A stretch of DNA of 64,000 nt from Chloroflexi bacterium bin125 (GCA_002239025.1 MPNM01000008.1:47196-111195), one strand, 5' to 3'. Shown: positions 35,630-46,539, counted from the first letter of the stretch. The notes: generated by a model not told the origin, from the letters alone. Program-made: numbers and translations.

Positions 35630-36124
35630 ATGGCTCGCATCCTCGGCGTTGATCCAGGCCTCACAGCCACAGGATGGGGCCTCCTTGAAATCGCTTCTGA
35701 TGGCACCGCCAGGTTGCGCTGGAACACGATTCAGGCGCCCGACGGACCTCTCTCGGATCGTCTCACCTACATCAACCGACAAATCCAGGATGTCATCAAT
35801 CGTCACCAACCTGACGAGTTCGCCATCGAGCGCCCGTTTGTCCACAAAAACGTCCGTACGGCGGTCATGCTTGGACAGGCGCAGGCCGCAGCGATGATCG
35901 CGGCAGCATCGGCAGGCATGACGGTCCACGAGTATCCGCCGCGTCAGGTCAAGGAAGCGGTGACCGGACTGGGATCTGCGGAGAAGACTGCCGTCAAGGA
36001 TGCGCTAGTCGCGAGACTCGGGCTGAGCGAGATCGACGCCTCGGCCGACGCCGCCGACGCGCTCGCCGTCGCCTACTGTCACTACCTCATGACCGGCGCC
36101 AACGCTGCGCTGGAGCTGACATGA
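35630..36124 (+). CDS. ruvC: Holliday junction resolvase RuvC
   Basis: ILGVDPGLTATGWGLLE; catalytic D/E context; C-terminal DAADALAVAYCH. Confidence 0.9.
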   Translation: MARILGVDPGLTATGWGLLEIASDGTARLRWNTIQAPDGPLSDRLTYINRQIQDVINRHQPDEFAIERPFVHKNVRTAVMLGQAQAAAMIAAASAGMTVHEYPPRQVKEAVTGLGSAEKTAVKDALVARLGLSEIDASADAADALAVAYCHYLMTGANAALELT

Positions 36125-36774
36125 TCTCCCGCATCCGCGGACGCGCGCTGGACTGGCACGATGACACGCAGAGCGTCGAGATCGACACCGGCTCCGAGGC
36201 CGGGGGGCTCGTCTACGAAGTGCGGCTGCCGACCGCCGTCTGGATGGCCCTGGAGGACCACCGACCCGAAGCGCTCGACCTCTATACCCATTACCACGTT
36301 CCTGATCGAGCTCCGGTGCCGGTGCTGATCGGATTTCTGCGGCCGATCGAGCGCGACTTCTTCCGCAAACTGATTGGCGTGCCGCAGATGGGCGTGGGCA
36401 AGGCGCAACAGGCGCTGGCTGCTTCCGTCTCGACGATTGCACAGGCGATCGAAGCCGAAGACCGACGCACGCTGACCCAACTCCCGGGCATCGGCCCGAG
36501 GCAGGCGGACCGGATCATCGCCGACCTCAAGGGCAAGGTCGTCGAAGAAGCCTTGCTGGTCGATGAAGGCTTCGACGCTAAAGCACAACGACCCGTCCGG
36601 CCGACGGACCAGGTCGCAGCCGATGCACTCGAGGCCCTTGTTGGTCTCGGCTACACGCGCCGAGATGCGGATCGCTGGATCGCCGCCGTGCTCAGCGCCC
36701 CTGATCTGACCGCCCCGCAGACAACCGAAGATCTGCTGCGCGCCGTGCTCGAACACATCGGCACCGGGCCGTAG
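36121..36774 (+). CDS. ruvA: Holliday junction branch-migration protein RuvA
   Basis: MISRIRGRAL...VYEVRLP, HhH region LTQLPGIGPRQADRII; ATGA overlap with ruvC. Confidence 0.85.
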   Translation: MISRIRGRALDWHDDTQSVEIDTGSEAGGLVYEVRLPTAVWMALEDHRPEALDLYTHYHVPDRAPVPVLIGFLRPIERDFFRKLIGVPQMGVGKAQQALAASVSTIAQAIEAEDRRTLTQLPGIGPRQADRIIADLKGKVVEEALLVDEGFDAKAQRPVRPTDQVAADALEALVGLGYTRRDADRWIAAVLSAPDLTAPQTTEDLLRAVLEHIGTGP

Positions 36775-36827
36775 TTTGAATCCCCGAACAAGCCCATTAG
36801 TGCTGAAATCCCGCTAAGCTCTTTGCC

Positions 36828-38969
36828 ATGACTACTGTCTCAGCCCCGATCCGCAACGCAAAGCCGTTCGAACTCAGCGCCGACTATCAACCGACCGGCG
36901 ACCAGCCATTCGCCATCGAGAAGCTGATTGAAGGCATCGAGGCCGGACACCGAGCCCAGACGCTGCTCGGTGTGACCGGTTCGGGCAAAACCTTCACCAT
37001 GGCCAACGTCGTCGCCCAGCTCAACCGGCCGACTCTCGTCCTGGCTCACAACAAGACGCTGGCCGCGCAGCTCTGCACCGAGTTCCGCGATTTTTTCCCC
37101 AACAACTCGGTCGAGTACTTCGTGTCCTACTACGACTACTACCAGCCCGAGGCGTACATTCCCCGCTCCGACACCTACATCGCCAAGGAGTCGGACATCA
37201 ACCAGGAGATCGACAAGCTCCGCCACGCGGCAACCCGGGCGCTGTTCGAGCGTCGCGACGTATTGATCGTCGCTTCCGTCTCCTGCATCTACGGTCTAGG
37301 CGAGCCCGACGACTATCAGGGCATGGTCCTGAGCATGGAGCAGGGCAAGTCGTACTCGCGAAACCTGATCCTCCGTCGTCTCGTCGACCAGCAGTACGAG
37401 CGCGACGAGATGACGCTCAGTCGTGGCAAGTTCCGCATTCGCGGAGACACACTTACGATTCATCCCTCGTATGAAGATCTCGCTGTGCGCGTGCAGTTCT
37501 GGGACGACGAGGTCGAGCGGATCGTCGAGCTCGACCCGCTGACCGGCGAGATCCTGGCCGAGCGCGACCGTGTCGACATCTATCCGGCCAAGCACTTCGT
37601 CACCACCGACGACCGCATGGCGGCCGCCGTCGAAGACATTCAGGCCGAACTGCATCAGCGATTGGAAGAGCTGCGACGCGACGACCGCATCCTCGAAGCG
37701 GCGCGACTGGAAGAGCGAACCCGCTACGACCTTGAGACCTTGCGCGAGACCGGTTATTGCCCCGGCATCGAGAACTACTCACGACACCTGGCACGCCGCG
37801 CCGCTGGATCAACGCCCTGGACGCTGCTGGACTACTTCCCCGACGACTGGCTGCTCTTCATCGACGAGTCGCACATGACCATCCCGCAGGTCCGAGGCAT
37901 GTACGGCGGTGACACCTCGCGCAAGCAAACCCTGGTCGATTTCGGCTTCCGGCTACCTTCCGCGATTGACAACCGCCCGCTCAATATCGACGAGTTTGAG
38001 CGACACATCAATCAGGTCGTGTTTGTCTCCGCGACACCGGCTGTCTACGAGCAAAACCACTCGCAACAGGTCGTCGAACAGCTCATTCGCCCGACCGGAC
38101 TGCTCGATCCTGATGTCGAAGTTCGGTCTACCGACGGGCAGATTGACGACCTTGTCAGCGAAATCAGGACCCGCGCCGAGCGCGGTGAGCGCACGCTGGT
38201 CACGACGCTGACCAAGAAAATGGCCGAGGACCTCGCCGACTATCTGCGCGAGGTCGGCATTCGCACCTACTACCTGCATTCTGAGCAGGACGCGTTCCAG
38301 CGTGTCGAAGTCCTGCGCGACCTGAGGCTCGGTGTCTTCGACTGTCTGGTCGGAATCAACCTGCTGCGCGAGGGTCTCGACCTGCCCGAAGTCTCTCTCG
38401 TCGCAGTCCTTGACGCCGACAAGGAAGGCTTCCTGCGCAACGAGGGGTCGATGGTGCAGACCATCGGCCGCGCCGCCCGACACGTCAATTCGCATGCCAT
38501 TCTCTACGCCGACCGTGTCACCGACTCGATGCGCCGAGCCATGGACGAGACCCACCGCCGGCGCACCGCGCAGCACGAGTACAACCTCAAGCACAACATC
38601 ACGCCGGTCGGCATCACCAAGGAAATCCGCGATATCGCAGCAGACGTCGCCGACCAGGTCCGCGACGAGTTCGAGATGCGTGCGGTCGCTGAAGATGCGC
38701 CAGGCTACGAGGCGGGATTGGGCGCGACGATCCCCGAGAACATGACGCCCGATCAGATTGCCCGGATGATCAGCGAGCTCGAGAGCCGGATGAAGCAGGC
38801 CGCCCGAGACCTCGAGTTCGAGAAAGCCGCCGCGCTCCGCGACCAGATTGTCGAGTTGCGCCGCGATCAGGCGGCTCTCGGCGAAGATCTCCAGGAATGG
38901 AGCGACCAGGCCTACGGCCGGCGTCGCCGACCGCTCAAACGAAAAGAGCCAGTGTCACGCCAGCGTTAA
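36828..38969 (+). CDS. uvrB: Excinuclease ABC subunit B
   Basis: [14 protein letters not shown] helicase motif I, beta-hairpin region, C-terminal UVR domain ([17 protein letters not shown]). Confidence 0.95.
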   Translation: MTTVSAPIRNAKPFELSADYQPTGDQPFAIEKLIEGIEAGHRAQTLLGVTGSGKTFTMANVVAQLNRPTLVLAHNKTLAAQLCTEFRDFFPNNSVEYFVSYYDYYQPEAYIPRSDTYIAKESDINQEIDKLRHAATRALFERRDVLIVASVSCIYGLGEPDDYQGMVLSMEQGKSYSRNLILRRLVDQQYERDEMTLSRGKFRIRGDTLTIHPSYEDLAVRVQFWDDEVERIVELDPLTGEILAERDRVDIYPAKHFVTTDDRMAAAVEDIQAELHQRLEELRRDDRILEAARLEERTRYDLETLRETGYCPGIENYSRHLARRAAGSTPWTLLDYFPDDWLLFIDESHMTIPQVRGMYGGDTSRKQTLVDFGFRLPSAIDNRPLNIDEFERHINQVVFVSATPAVYEQNHSQQVVEQLIRPTGLLDPDVEVRSTDGQIDDLVSEIRTRAERGERTLVTTLTKKMAEDLADYLREVGIRTYYLHSEQDAFQRVEVLRDLRLGVFDCLVGINLLREGLDLPEVSLVAVLDADKEGFLRNEGSMVQTIGRAARHVNSHAILYADRVTDSMRRAMDETHRRRTAQHEYNLKHNITPVGITKEIRDIAADVADQVRDEFEMRAVAEDAPGYEAGLGATIPENMTPDQIARMISELESRMKQAARDLEFEKAAALRDQIVELRRDQAALGEDLQEWSDQAYGRRRRPLKRKEPVSRQR

Positions 38970-39098
38970 CCCGTGGATCGAGTGGTCTCATTCTTTGCCG
39001 CGTTAGGCGCAGCTTGGTACCGTCAAACCGACGCTTCCACGCTCGCGCTGTTATGATCTGCGCGCCTGCTGTGGCAGGTGTTGTGAGAGTGTGATCTG

Positions 39099-39929
39099 GT
39101 GGCTGACGGACCCGAGCACGAACGCTGGCGGCGCTCAAACGTTGATGCGCCGCCATCCTGGCTGGGCGGTGGCGCCGAGGGGGAAGAGGTTCGTGCATGC
39201 GCATTTTGCGGCCAGGTGCCCCCACCCGCCTCCTCCTTCTGTCCAAACTGCGGACGAGCCGTCACGGCCTCGCTGATGCCTCAGCAGGGTGAGGCTGCCA
39301 CGGTCCTGTTCACCGACATTGAAGACTCGACCCACCTGACCGAGCGACTCGGCGACTTCCAGTGGGAGTCGATCATCGATGAACACAATGACATCGTGCG
39401 CGAGGAGCTGCATCGTCACGCCGGATTCGAGGTCAAGCTAACCGGGGATGGATTCCTGATCGTCTTCGCCGACCCAATGCAGGCGTTGCGCTGCGCAGCC
39501 CGGATCCAGGCGCAGGTCACCATCCGCGCCGATCGCCTCGGCGCCGACTGGCCCGTCAGAGTCCGGATGGGTGTGCATCGTGGCGATGTCATCCTGCGAC
39601 CTGGGGGCGACATCCTGGGACGAACCGTCAACATGGCGGCGCGAATCATGGCCAAGGGGCGCGGCGGCTCGGTCGTCGTCTCACAGGCCCTCCGCGACAA
39701 CGTCGGTCGGCGGATCACTCCGGACTTCTGGGTCGATATGGGGGCTCGGCGAGTCCGCGGACTCAATCGCCGAGAGCGCATGTACCTGTTCAAGTGGCCC
39801 GAATACCTTCGTCACGAAGCCAGCCAGCAGCACTCCGGCTCCGATCACATGATCTTCCTCCCCGACGACGCCGTCGATCCCTTCGATCCAATCCTGATCG
39901 AAACCGGAGCCACTACCGTCGAGGGCTAG
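39099..39929 (+). CDS. Class III adenylate/guanylate cyclase (CHD) with N-terminal zinc ribbon
   Basis: CAFCGQ...CPNCG then VLFTDIEDST...GDGFLIVF...RMGVHRGDV...NMAARI cyclase homology domain. Confidence 0.8.
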   Translation: MADGPEHERWRRSNVDAPPSWLGGGAEGEEVRACAFCGQVPPPASSFCPNCGRAVTASLMPQQGEAATVLFTDIEDSTHLTERLGDFQWESIIDEHNDIVREELHRHAGFEVKLTGDGFLIVFADPMQALRCAARIQAQVTIRADRLGADWPVRVRMGVHRGDVILRPGGDILGRTVNMAARIMAKGRGGSVVVSQALRDNVGRRITPDFWVDMGARRVRGLNRRERMYLFKWPEYLRHEASQQHSGSDHMIFLPDDAVDPFDPILIETGATTVEG

Positions 39930-39968
39930 AACCTGTTCACACGGAGGAGTCTCGCTCCAACGTGGATC

Positions 39969-40114
39969 GTCATACCCGCGCTTGACGCGGGTATCTCGCG
40001 GCGGCCCCTACAACGGCGCAACAACTGAGACTGCACGCAGACCTGGGCAACAGTGAAGAATGCTGCGAATGTGCAGCTTCTGTCGAGATTCCCGCGTCAA
40101 GCGCGGGAATGACG
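39969..40114. repeat. Composite family D element: two inverted REP-like hairpins flanking about 85 bp
   Basis: GTCATACCCGCGCTTGACGCGGGTATCTCG (39969-39998) and CGAGATTCCCGCGTCAAGCGCGGGAATGACG (40084-40114) are reverse complements of each other; internal CTGCACGCAG...CTGCGAATGTGCAG hairpin. Confidence 0.7.
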
Positions 40115-40154
40115 AGGTCAATTCAGGCGCAACAGCACCGATGAGCCCAAGTCA

Positions 40155-42755
40155 CTACTTCGACCGAGCAAGTACCCGACGAGACCGCCCACCATCTGAC
40201 TGCTCGATCACGCCCGCATCCGCCAACTGATCGATGAGTCGCTCTGCTCGAGGACGACCGATCCGCATCCTGCGCTGCAGCAGCGTCGCCGATACGCGCT
40301 CATAATCGCGGGCCAACTCGGTTGCCTCACCGAGTCTCGTGTCCAGATCGGTTGCCGCTACAACCCTCGGTGGCGGCTCTAGGACAATGTCGGGCTCTTC
40401 CTCATCGTCGGTTGCATCCAGTGCGGTCTCCAACGTCGATGTCAACGTCCGCAGGTCTGCCTGCGCCGCTCGAGCCTCAACTTCTGTCACAGCCGCTGTC
40501 GAGTCCTCAGCCAACTCCTCCAGCACTTCATCCAGTGACCCGCGCTCCGTCTGCCCCTGAATTGGTGCAGCCCACGACTCGATCAGGCGCTCAATCTCAG
40601 CGTCCGAGACGTATGCGCCCTGCACCCGACGCGGCTTGATCGAGTCCGACGACATGTACAGCATGTCGCCCCGCCCCATCAGCTTCTCCGCCCCGGCTCG
40701 ATCCATAATCACCCGGGCGTCTGTCTGTGAGGTTGTCGCAAAGGCGATTCGCGTGGGGAAGTTTGCCTTGATCAATCCGGTGACCACATCGACTGACGGT
40801 CGTTGCGTGGCGACCACGAGGTGAATCCCAACCGCTCTGGCAAGCTGTGCCAGCCGGACTAACTGCCCCTCGACCTCAGCCGCCGCCGCCATCATCATGT
40901 CGGCCAACTCGTCCAGCACCACGACCCAGTAGGGCAGTCGCTTGTCCACGGACGGCAATGAGTTGTAGGCGACGATGTTGCGCGCCTTGTACTCCTCCAA
41001 GCGTCGGTAGCGGCGATCCATCTCCGCGACGACAACGCCCAGCACCGAGACCACTTCATCCGGCTCGGTCACCACGTGCGAGAACGCCAGGTGCGGCGCG
41101 GAGCCATAGTTGGTCAGCTCGACCCGCTTGGGGTCGACCAGGATCAGGCGGACTTCCTCGGGCGATTTCTGCATCAGCAGCGACGAGATGATCGTGTTGA
41201 TGCATACCGACTTACCCGATCCCGTCGCCCCTGCGATCAGCACATGTGGCATACGCGTAAGGTCTGCGATCACCGGATTGCCGGTCACGTCACGACCCAA
41301 AGCGATCGGCAGCCCGCCTGTGGCGGCCATCTGGTTGAACGCCTCTGATTCGATCAATCCTCGCAACGCGACAATCCGGGTGTCGGCGTTCGGTACCTCG
41401 ACCCCGACGATCGGTTGACCCGGTACCGGTGCCTCGATCCGAATCGACGGCGCAGCCAGCGCCAGGGCCAGATCGTCGGCCAGGCGCGTGATCCGATTGA
41501 CCCGCACGCGAGTCCGCGAGACCTCTTCGCTCTGGGTCAGCGTTCGGCCGTGTTCATCCAGCACGGCGGCGCCCGACACATCCTTGACCTGCACCTCGCG
41601 CGTCTTGACTTCCCAGCCCGGCTCGACGCCGAACTGTGTGATCGCCGGACCCTCGTTGATCTGCGTCACCGTGGCATCGACACCGAACGATGCCAACGTC
41701 TCCACGATGATTCGAGCCTGATCCTCTGCGCCTGAGCGCAGCGTCGTTGCCGGGTCCTCGTCCAACAGGTCAATCGGAGGCAAGCGCCAACCATCGGACG
41801 CCGTCCGGTCAAGCGTGCGCAGCGTCGAGGGAGGCGGATCGCTCGCCTTTGGTTCGGCTTTGGACGATTTCTGCGGCTCAGGTTCTGGAGATGCTGGATC
41901 CGAACCAACAACGGGATCCGCCATCGGCGGCCATGCAGCCTCCGGTTGATTGAGCGTGGCGGCTGTTGCAGGTTGCTGCGCTGCTGGTGCCGGAGCAGGC
42001 GCAGGGGCGGGACGCTCCAGGATCGGCTGGTTGCGCGTCGTTTCTTTCAACTGGGTACCGACCACGCCAAACGCCAACCACAACTCTCGCCCTGACCACT
42101 TCGTCAGTTTCCACAGGCCGTGCAACAGTGCCAGAATTCCGTGTCCAATCGAGCGAGCGAGCGCAGCCAGCACACCGGGTCCTCGTGCTTTGGTCTCGCG
42201 GCCCAGATAACGCATGCCGTCCTGCATGGAGCGTCCGGCTGCACTGATCAACGATTGCGCAGCCGAAGGAGCGATCAACACAAACGACGTCACCAGACCC
42301 AGAAGAATCACTCCCCAGCCGATCGGCGAGTCCAACCAACCGCCCACCTGTCCACCTGCGCCGTAGCGCGCCAACGAGACGCCGCCAAGCGACGCATCGG
42401 GAGTGATTGCCCCGGCGACACCCCACAGGGCCAGCAGCGCCAGGCCGACGCCAGCCCCCACGCGTATCACTCGACGGTCCTGGCGAACCGTCGTTCGCAC
42501 TCGCTGAATTCCGGTCAACACACCCAGCGCTGCAACGAACGCCGCGAGTAGGTAGGCGCCTCCTCCGAACAGTTGAACCACCGTGGTCCGCTGGTCGCCA
42601 AACGGCAGCGACGCCATCGTCACCCATATGGAGAAGGCCACCGCGACCGCGACAATCAGACTGCCCATCGCCACATGGCGATGCTCTGCCACCCACATTG
42701 AAATGCGGTCGGGCAACGCCCGCCGAGTCCTGGTCGAGGCTCTGCTACTCGCCAT
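40155..42755 (-). CDS. ftsK: DNA translocase FtsK/SpoIIIE
   Basis: N-terminal TMs, Pro/Ala-rich linker, motor GATGSGKSVCIN, C-terminal gamma wHTH domain. Confidence 0.95.
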   Translation of the reverse strand: MASSRASTRTRRALPDRISMWVAEHRHVAMGSLIVAVAVAFSIWVTMASLPFGDQRTTVVQLFGGGAYLLAAFVAALGVLTGIQRVRTTVRQDRRVIRVGAGVGLALLALWGVAGAITPDASLGGVSLARYGAGGQVGGWLDSPIGWGVILLGLVTSFVLIAPSAAQSLISAAGRSMQDGMRYLGRETKARGPGVLAALARSIGHGILALLHGLWKLTKWSGRELWLAFGVVGTQLKETTRNQPILERPAPAPAPAPAAQQPATAATLNQPEAAWPPMADPVVGSDPASPEPEPQKSSKAEPKASDPPPSTLRTLDRTASDGWRLPPIDLLDEDPATTLRSGAEDQARIIVETLASFGVDATVTQINEGPAITQFGVEPGWEVKTREVQVKDVSGAAVLDEHGRTLTQSEEVSRTRVRVNRITRLADDLALALAAPSIRIEAPVPGQPIVGVEVPNADTRIVALRGLIESEAFNQMAATGGLPIALGRDVTGNPVIADLTRMPHVLIAGATGSGKSVCINTIISSLLMQKSPEEVRLILVDPKRVELTNYGSAPHLAFSHVVTEPDEVVSVLGVVVAEMDRRYRRLEEYKARNIVAYNSLPSVDKRLPYWVVVLDELADMMMAAAAEVEGQLVRLAQLARAVGIHLVVATQRPSVDVVTGLIKANFPTRIAFATTSQTDARVIMDRAGAEKLMGRGDMLYMSSDSIKPRRVQGAYVSDAEIERLIESWAAPIQGQTERGSLDEVLEELAEDSTAAVTEVEARAAQADLRTLTSTLETALDATDDEEEPDIVLEPPPRVVAATDLDTRLGEATELARDYERVSATLLQRRMRIGRPRAERLIDQLADAGVIEQSDGGRSRRVLARSK

Positions 42756-42796
42756 ACTTCAGTTCAACCGCCCGCGAACAAGTCTGACGCTGCCAA

Positions 42797-44482
42797 TCAG
42801 ACCTGCACCGCCACCACTACCACCATAGGACGTTGTCGGGTCTCGCGTCGAAGGTAGGCCGAGACTTCCTGCTGCACCTGACGCTCGCGCTTCTCCCAGG
42901 CCACCGGTCGATTCGAATTCGCGCGCGCCTTGAGCACGTCGCGGGCGACCTGCGCCGCTCCGGCCTTCAACGTCTCCGTGGCGCGAATCTCCGCAAATCC
43001 GCGCGCGGTCACCTCAATCTTGCCTGAGAGCTGGCCGCTCTCGCCTTCGACGGGAATCGCAACGAGCAGGAATCCATCGCCCGCCAGCTTCTGCCGATCA
43101 CGGATGATCGATCGATCCACGCCGCCGACATTCATCCCATCGACGTAGACATACTCTGCCGACACCTGGTCCACGACCGCCGACTGGTCCGCCGTCAGCT
43201 CCAACACATCGCCGTCGAGCAGGATATGCCGGGCGTCCTCGGCCACACCCATGGACGCCGCCAGATTCGAGTGCATCACGAGATGTCGATACTCGCCGTG
43301 GATCGGCACGAACGCCTGGGGATCGGTCAACGAGATGACCGTCTTCAACTCTTCCTGCGCGGCGTGACCGCGCACGTGCACGTGCTCGTGTCCCGATCCG
43401 ACCGACACCACATCAACGCCCCGCTTGTACAGGTTGTTGATCGTGTTGTTGACCGCCGATTCGTTGCCCGGAATCGGCGACGACGACAAGACAACTGTGT
43501 CGCCCGGCTTGAGATTCACGTCCCGGTGCGAACCGGTCGCCATTCTCGACAATGCCGCCATCGGCTCGCCCTGCGCGCCCGTACAGATGACAACCGTGTT
43601 CTCGTCGTGTGCCGAGCCCAGATCGGTGATCGGTCGCAAGCGCCGGTCATCCGTCTGCACATAACCGAGGTCGCGCGACATGTCGATGTTCTTCTCCATC
43701 GATCGTCCCGTTGCAAACACGATCCGGCCCGACTCATCCGCGGCATCAATGATCTGTTGGATCCGCGCAATCTGCGATGCGAACGTGGCGATGATTACCC
43801 GACCCGGCGCCGTCAGCAGAATCTGCTCCAGCGCATCGCCGACCAACGTCTCCGAAGGTGTCACGCCGGACTTGTCGGCATAGGTCGAGTCCGAGCACAA
43901 CAGCCGCACACCTTCTTGCCCATACGCAGCGAGTTGCTGCAAATCCGTCGGCTCCGACATCACGGGCGTGTGATCAATCTTGAAATCACCGGTATGGACA
44001 ACCAATCCCGCAGGTGTACGCAAGGCTATGCCGAATGCGTCAGGAATCGAGTGTGCCACCGGGAAGAACTCGGCCGTGATGCTGCCAAAGTCGAACGACG
44101 ATCCAGTCGTTACTTCGATCATCTTGGCATCGAGAATGCCCGTTTCCTCCAGCCGCCAGCGAATCAACCCGAGCGCCAGCGGCGAGGCATAAATCGGCGC
44201 CTGCAACTGCGGAATCAGGAAGCGCAACGCACCGATATGGTCCTCATGTCCGTGCGTGATCAGATAGCCGCGCAGCTTGTCCCGACGCTCCAGGACATAA
44301 GACGCATCGGGAATGATGTAGTCGACGCCGTGCATGTCGTCGGATGGAAACAGCAGGCCGGCGTCAACGATCAGCAAGTCATCGGCGGTCTCGTAGACCA
44401 TCATGTTGCGGCCGATTTCCCCCAGACCTCCCAACGGCACGACTCGTAAGACACCCTCCGCCACATCGGACAGCTCTGCCAC
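42797..44482 (-). CDS. rnj: Ribonuclease J (metallo-beta-lactamase/beta-CASP)
   Basis: LRVVPLGGLGEIGRNM...HGHEDHIGAL; 561 aa. Confidence 0.9.
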   Translation of the reverse strand: MAELSDVAEGVLRVVPLGGLGEIGRNMMVYETADDLLIVDAGLLFPSDDMHGVDYIIPDASYVLERRDKLRGYLITHGHEDHIGALRFLIPQLQAPIYASPLALGLIRWRLEETGILDAKMIEVTTGSSFDFGSITAEFFPVAHSIPDAFGIALRTPAGLVVHTGDFKIDHTPVMSEPTDLQQLAAYGQEGVRLLCSDSTYADKSGVTPSETLVGDALEQILLTAPGRVIIATFASQIARIQQIIDAADESGRIVFATGRSMEKNIDMSRDLGYVQTDDRRLRPITDLGSAHDENTVVICTGAQGEPMAALSRMATGSHRDVNLKPGDTVVLSSSPIPGNESAVNNTINNLYKRGVDVVSVGSGHEHVHVRGHAAQEELKTVISLTDPQAFVPIHGEYRHLVMHSNLAASMGVAEDARHILLDGDVLELTADQSAVVDQVSAEYVYVDGMNVGGVDRSIIRDRQKLAGDGFLLVAIPVEGESGQLSGKIEVTARGFAEIRATETLKAGAAQVARDVLKARANSNRPVAWEKRERQVQQEVSAYLRRETRQRPMVVVVAVQV

Positions 44483-44508
44483 GGTTACCTCATTCTGTGT
44501 CTCGGTCG

Positions 44509-45162
44509 CTAGAGCAGCGACCGCTGAGAATCATCATCTTGCGCCGGTTCCCCCGAGCTCGAATCGCCGTGTGAGTGTCCCACCTGCAGGGCGGCTATCT
44601 CAGGACGTTCGGAATAAGCCAGCAACGGCGGAATGATCGCGAAGTCGTCCCGCATGGTTTGCATCAGATTTGAGTTCCGCAGCGCCGCCGACGGATGGTA
44701 AACCGGCAAGATCAGCCACGGACCAGCCTGAAATGGCTGCCCGCGCGACTCGCCCATCTTCGCGTCCGGCAGAAAATACTGAGTCGCAAACCGACCCAGC
44801 AGCACGATCAGCTTCGGCCGAATCCCCTCAATCTGCTCACGCAGATAGACCTCGCAGCAGCCAATCTCGTCCGGTTGAGGATCGCGATTCCCTGGAGGTC
44901 GACACTTGACCACATTGGCCACAAACACCTCAGGACGGCTCAAGCCAATCTCGCCCAGCAACTCATCCAACAACTGCCCCGCCCGACCGACAAACGGCCG
45001 TCCCTGCTTGTCCTCATTCGCCCCCGGACCCTCGCCAATGAACATCAACTCAGCATCGGGATCGCCATCGCCAGGAACTGTCAACGTCCGTGTCTCATGC
45101 AGACGGCAAGCCGTGCAACCAGCAATCCGGGCATTCAAAGAGGTAAGCGTCTGAGCATCCAC
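44509..45162 (-). CDS. udg: Family 4 uracil-DNA glycosylase
   Basis: [11 protein letters not shown] (Fe-S Cys), [23 protein letters not shown]. Confidence 0.9.
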   Translation of the reverse strand: MDAQTLTSLNARIAGCTACRLHETRTLTVPGDGDPDAELMFIGEGPGANEDKQGRPFVGRAGQLLDELLGEIGLSRPEVFVANVVKCRPPGNRDPQPDEIGCCEVYLREQIEGIRPKLIVLLGRFATQYFLPDAKMGESRGQPFQAGPWLILPVYHPSAALRNSNLMQTMRDDFAIIPPLLAYSERPEIAALQVGHSHGDSSSGEPAQDDDSQRSLL

Positions 45163-45307
45163 GAAATCAGTCTACGACCAAGCAGCACAATCTCATCGCA
45201 CACTCTGTACTCCCTTGTTCCGCCACGCCCGCGCTCCTCCACTCCGTCATACCCGCTCTCCGCTCCGGAGCCTGCCTCCGGCTTGAGGGGATGTCTCAGA
45301 AGTCAAT

Positions 45308-45527
45308 GTTCCCAGTCCCCGCTTTACGGAGACCTCTGAAAAGTCCCCTTCTCCCCCTTGCGGGGGAGATGCCGAAGGCACAGGGGGGGTCCGCTGTTCG
45401 GGAGCCTATCTGGTCATCATGCGCCGCCCCCCTGTCACTTCGTGACATCTCCCCCGCAAAGGGGGGGAGAGGGGATTCGGCAGTTGTTCAAAGGTCTCCG
45501 TAAAGCGGGGACTGGAATCGTGGGAAC
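45308..45527. mobile_element. Family A MITE-like element, full copy with TIRs
   Basis: GTTCCCAGTCCCCGCTTTACGGAGACCTCTGAAAAG ... CAGTTGTTCAAAGGTCTCCGTAAAGCGGGGACTGGAATCGTGGGAAC; >90% identical to 27816-28050. Confidence 0.8.
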
Positions 45528-45549
45528 TGAGCCGGACTTCTGTAGTGAC

Positions 45550-46500
45550 TTACGCCGGCTGACCGTCAGGCTCGTCGTCGTCCAAGTCCGACTCGATCAC
45601 CGGGATCACCGTCCGGTTCTCCACCAGTCTCACCAGCACGATGCCCAGGATGTACAGCCCCATCGTCGGCACCGCGACAAACGTCTGCGTGACCGGGTCA
45701 ATCGAGGGCGTAATCAACGCGGCCAACAGGAACGAACCGATGATCGCCCAGCGCCACATGCCCATGAGTTTCTTCGAGGTCACGATCCCGATCGCACCCA
45801 GTCCCATCAGGAACAACGGCAGCTCAAACACGATCCCCGTCCAGATCACGAATCGCGTGAGCATGTCGATGTAGTTGTTGATCCGCACCTGAGGATCGGC
45901 GATCTCCTGGCCGAAGTTCAACAGGAACGTCAGCGCCGGTGGCCAGGCGATGAAGAACGCGAACGCGCCGCCACAGGCAAACGCAACCGTCGCCAGACCC
46001 ACGATCGGCATCACCCATTTCTGTTCAGCCCGCGTCAGTCCGGGGTGGATGAAGGCGTAAATCTGGTACACGATCACCGGCATCGCGCCGGCCAAGCCGA
46101 GCATCAGCGAAATCTTGATGTACGCGCCGATGAAGCCGAGCAGCTCGGTGTAGATCGGGCGGAACTCGGGCAGCGCCACACGGCCGGGTTCGAGCAGATA
46201 GTCCAGGATCGTTGATGCAAAGATCAACGCGACGACCGTCGTCAGCACCATGGTTAGCACGGCAACCGTCAGCCGCTGACGAATCTCGTTCAGGTGCTCG
46301 CCGAGCGTGAGCTCGGCTTCGTCCGGCTCATAGGGCGGAGCGCCCGGTGGACCATTGAGCGGACCATCAGGTGGACCATCGGGCTGCATGCCCGGTGGCA
46401 GACCGTCGTCGATTTCGTCTGCGACCACGTCCAACTCCGAGAGCTCTGGCGGCTCCGGCAAGTCGGACGGCGAGGGGACCGGTCGTGAGGCCATCAACAA
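45550..46500 (-). CDS. tatC: Twin-arginine translocase subunit TatC with Pro-rich N-terminal extension
   Basis: 6-TM TatC core (HLNEIRQRL..., YIDMLTRFV) preceded by about 65 aa P/D/E-rich segment. Confidence 0.9.
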   Translation of the reverse strand: MLMASRPVPSPSDLPEPPELSELDVVADEIDDGLPPGMQPDGPPDGPLNGPPGAPPYEPDEAELTLGEHLNEIRQRLTVAVLTMVLTTVVALIFASTILDYLLEPGRVALPEFRPIYTELLGFIGAYIKISLMLGLAGAMPVIVYQIYAFIHPGLTRAEQKWVMPIVGLATVAFACGGAFAFFIAWPPALTFLLNFGQEIADPQVRINNYIDMLTRFVIWTGIVFELPLFLMGLGAIGIVTSKKLMGMWRWAIIGSFLLAALITPSIDPVTQTFVAVPTMGLYILGIVLVRLVENRTVIPVIESDLDDDEPDGQPA

Positions 46501-46539
46501 CTCACCAAGCGCTCAATGTGTACGAACATGGCGACGCCG

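Noticed and set aside
36828-38969. Possible ruvB immediately after ruvA
   Set aside because: The product has the UvrB helicase motifs, beta-hairpin and C-terminal UVR domain, not the RuvB AAA+ hexamer motifs. Called uvrB.
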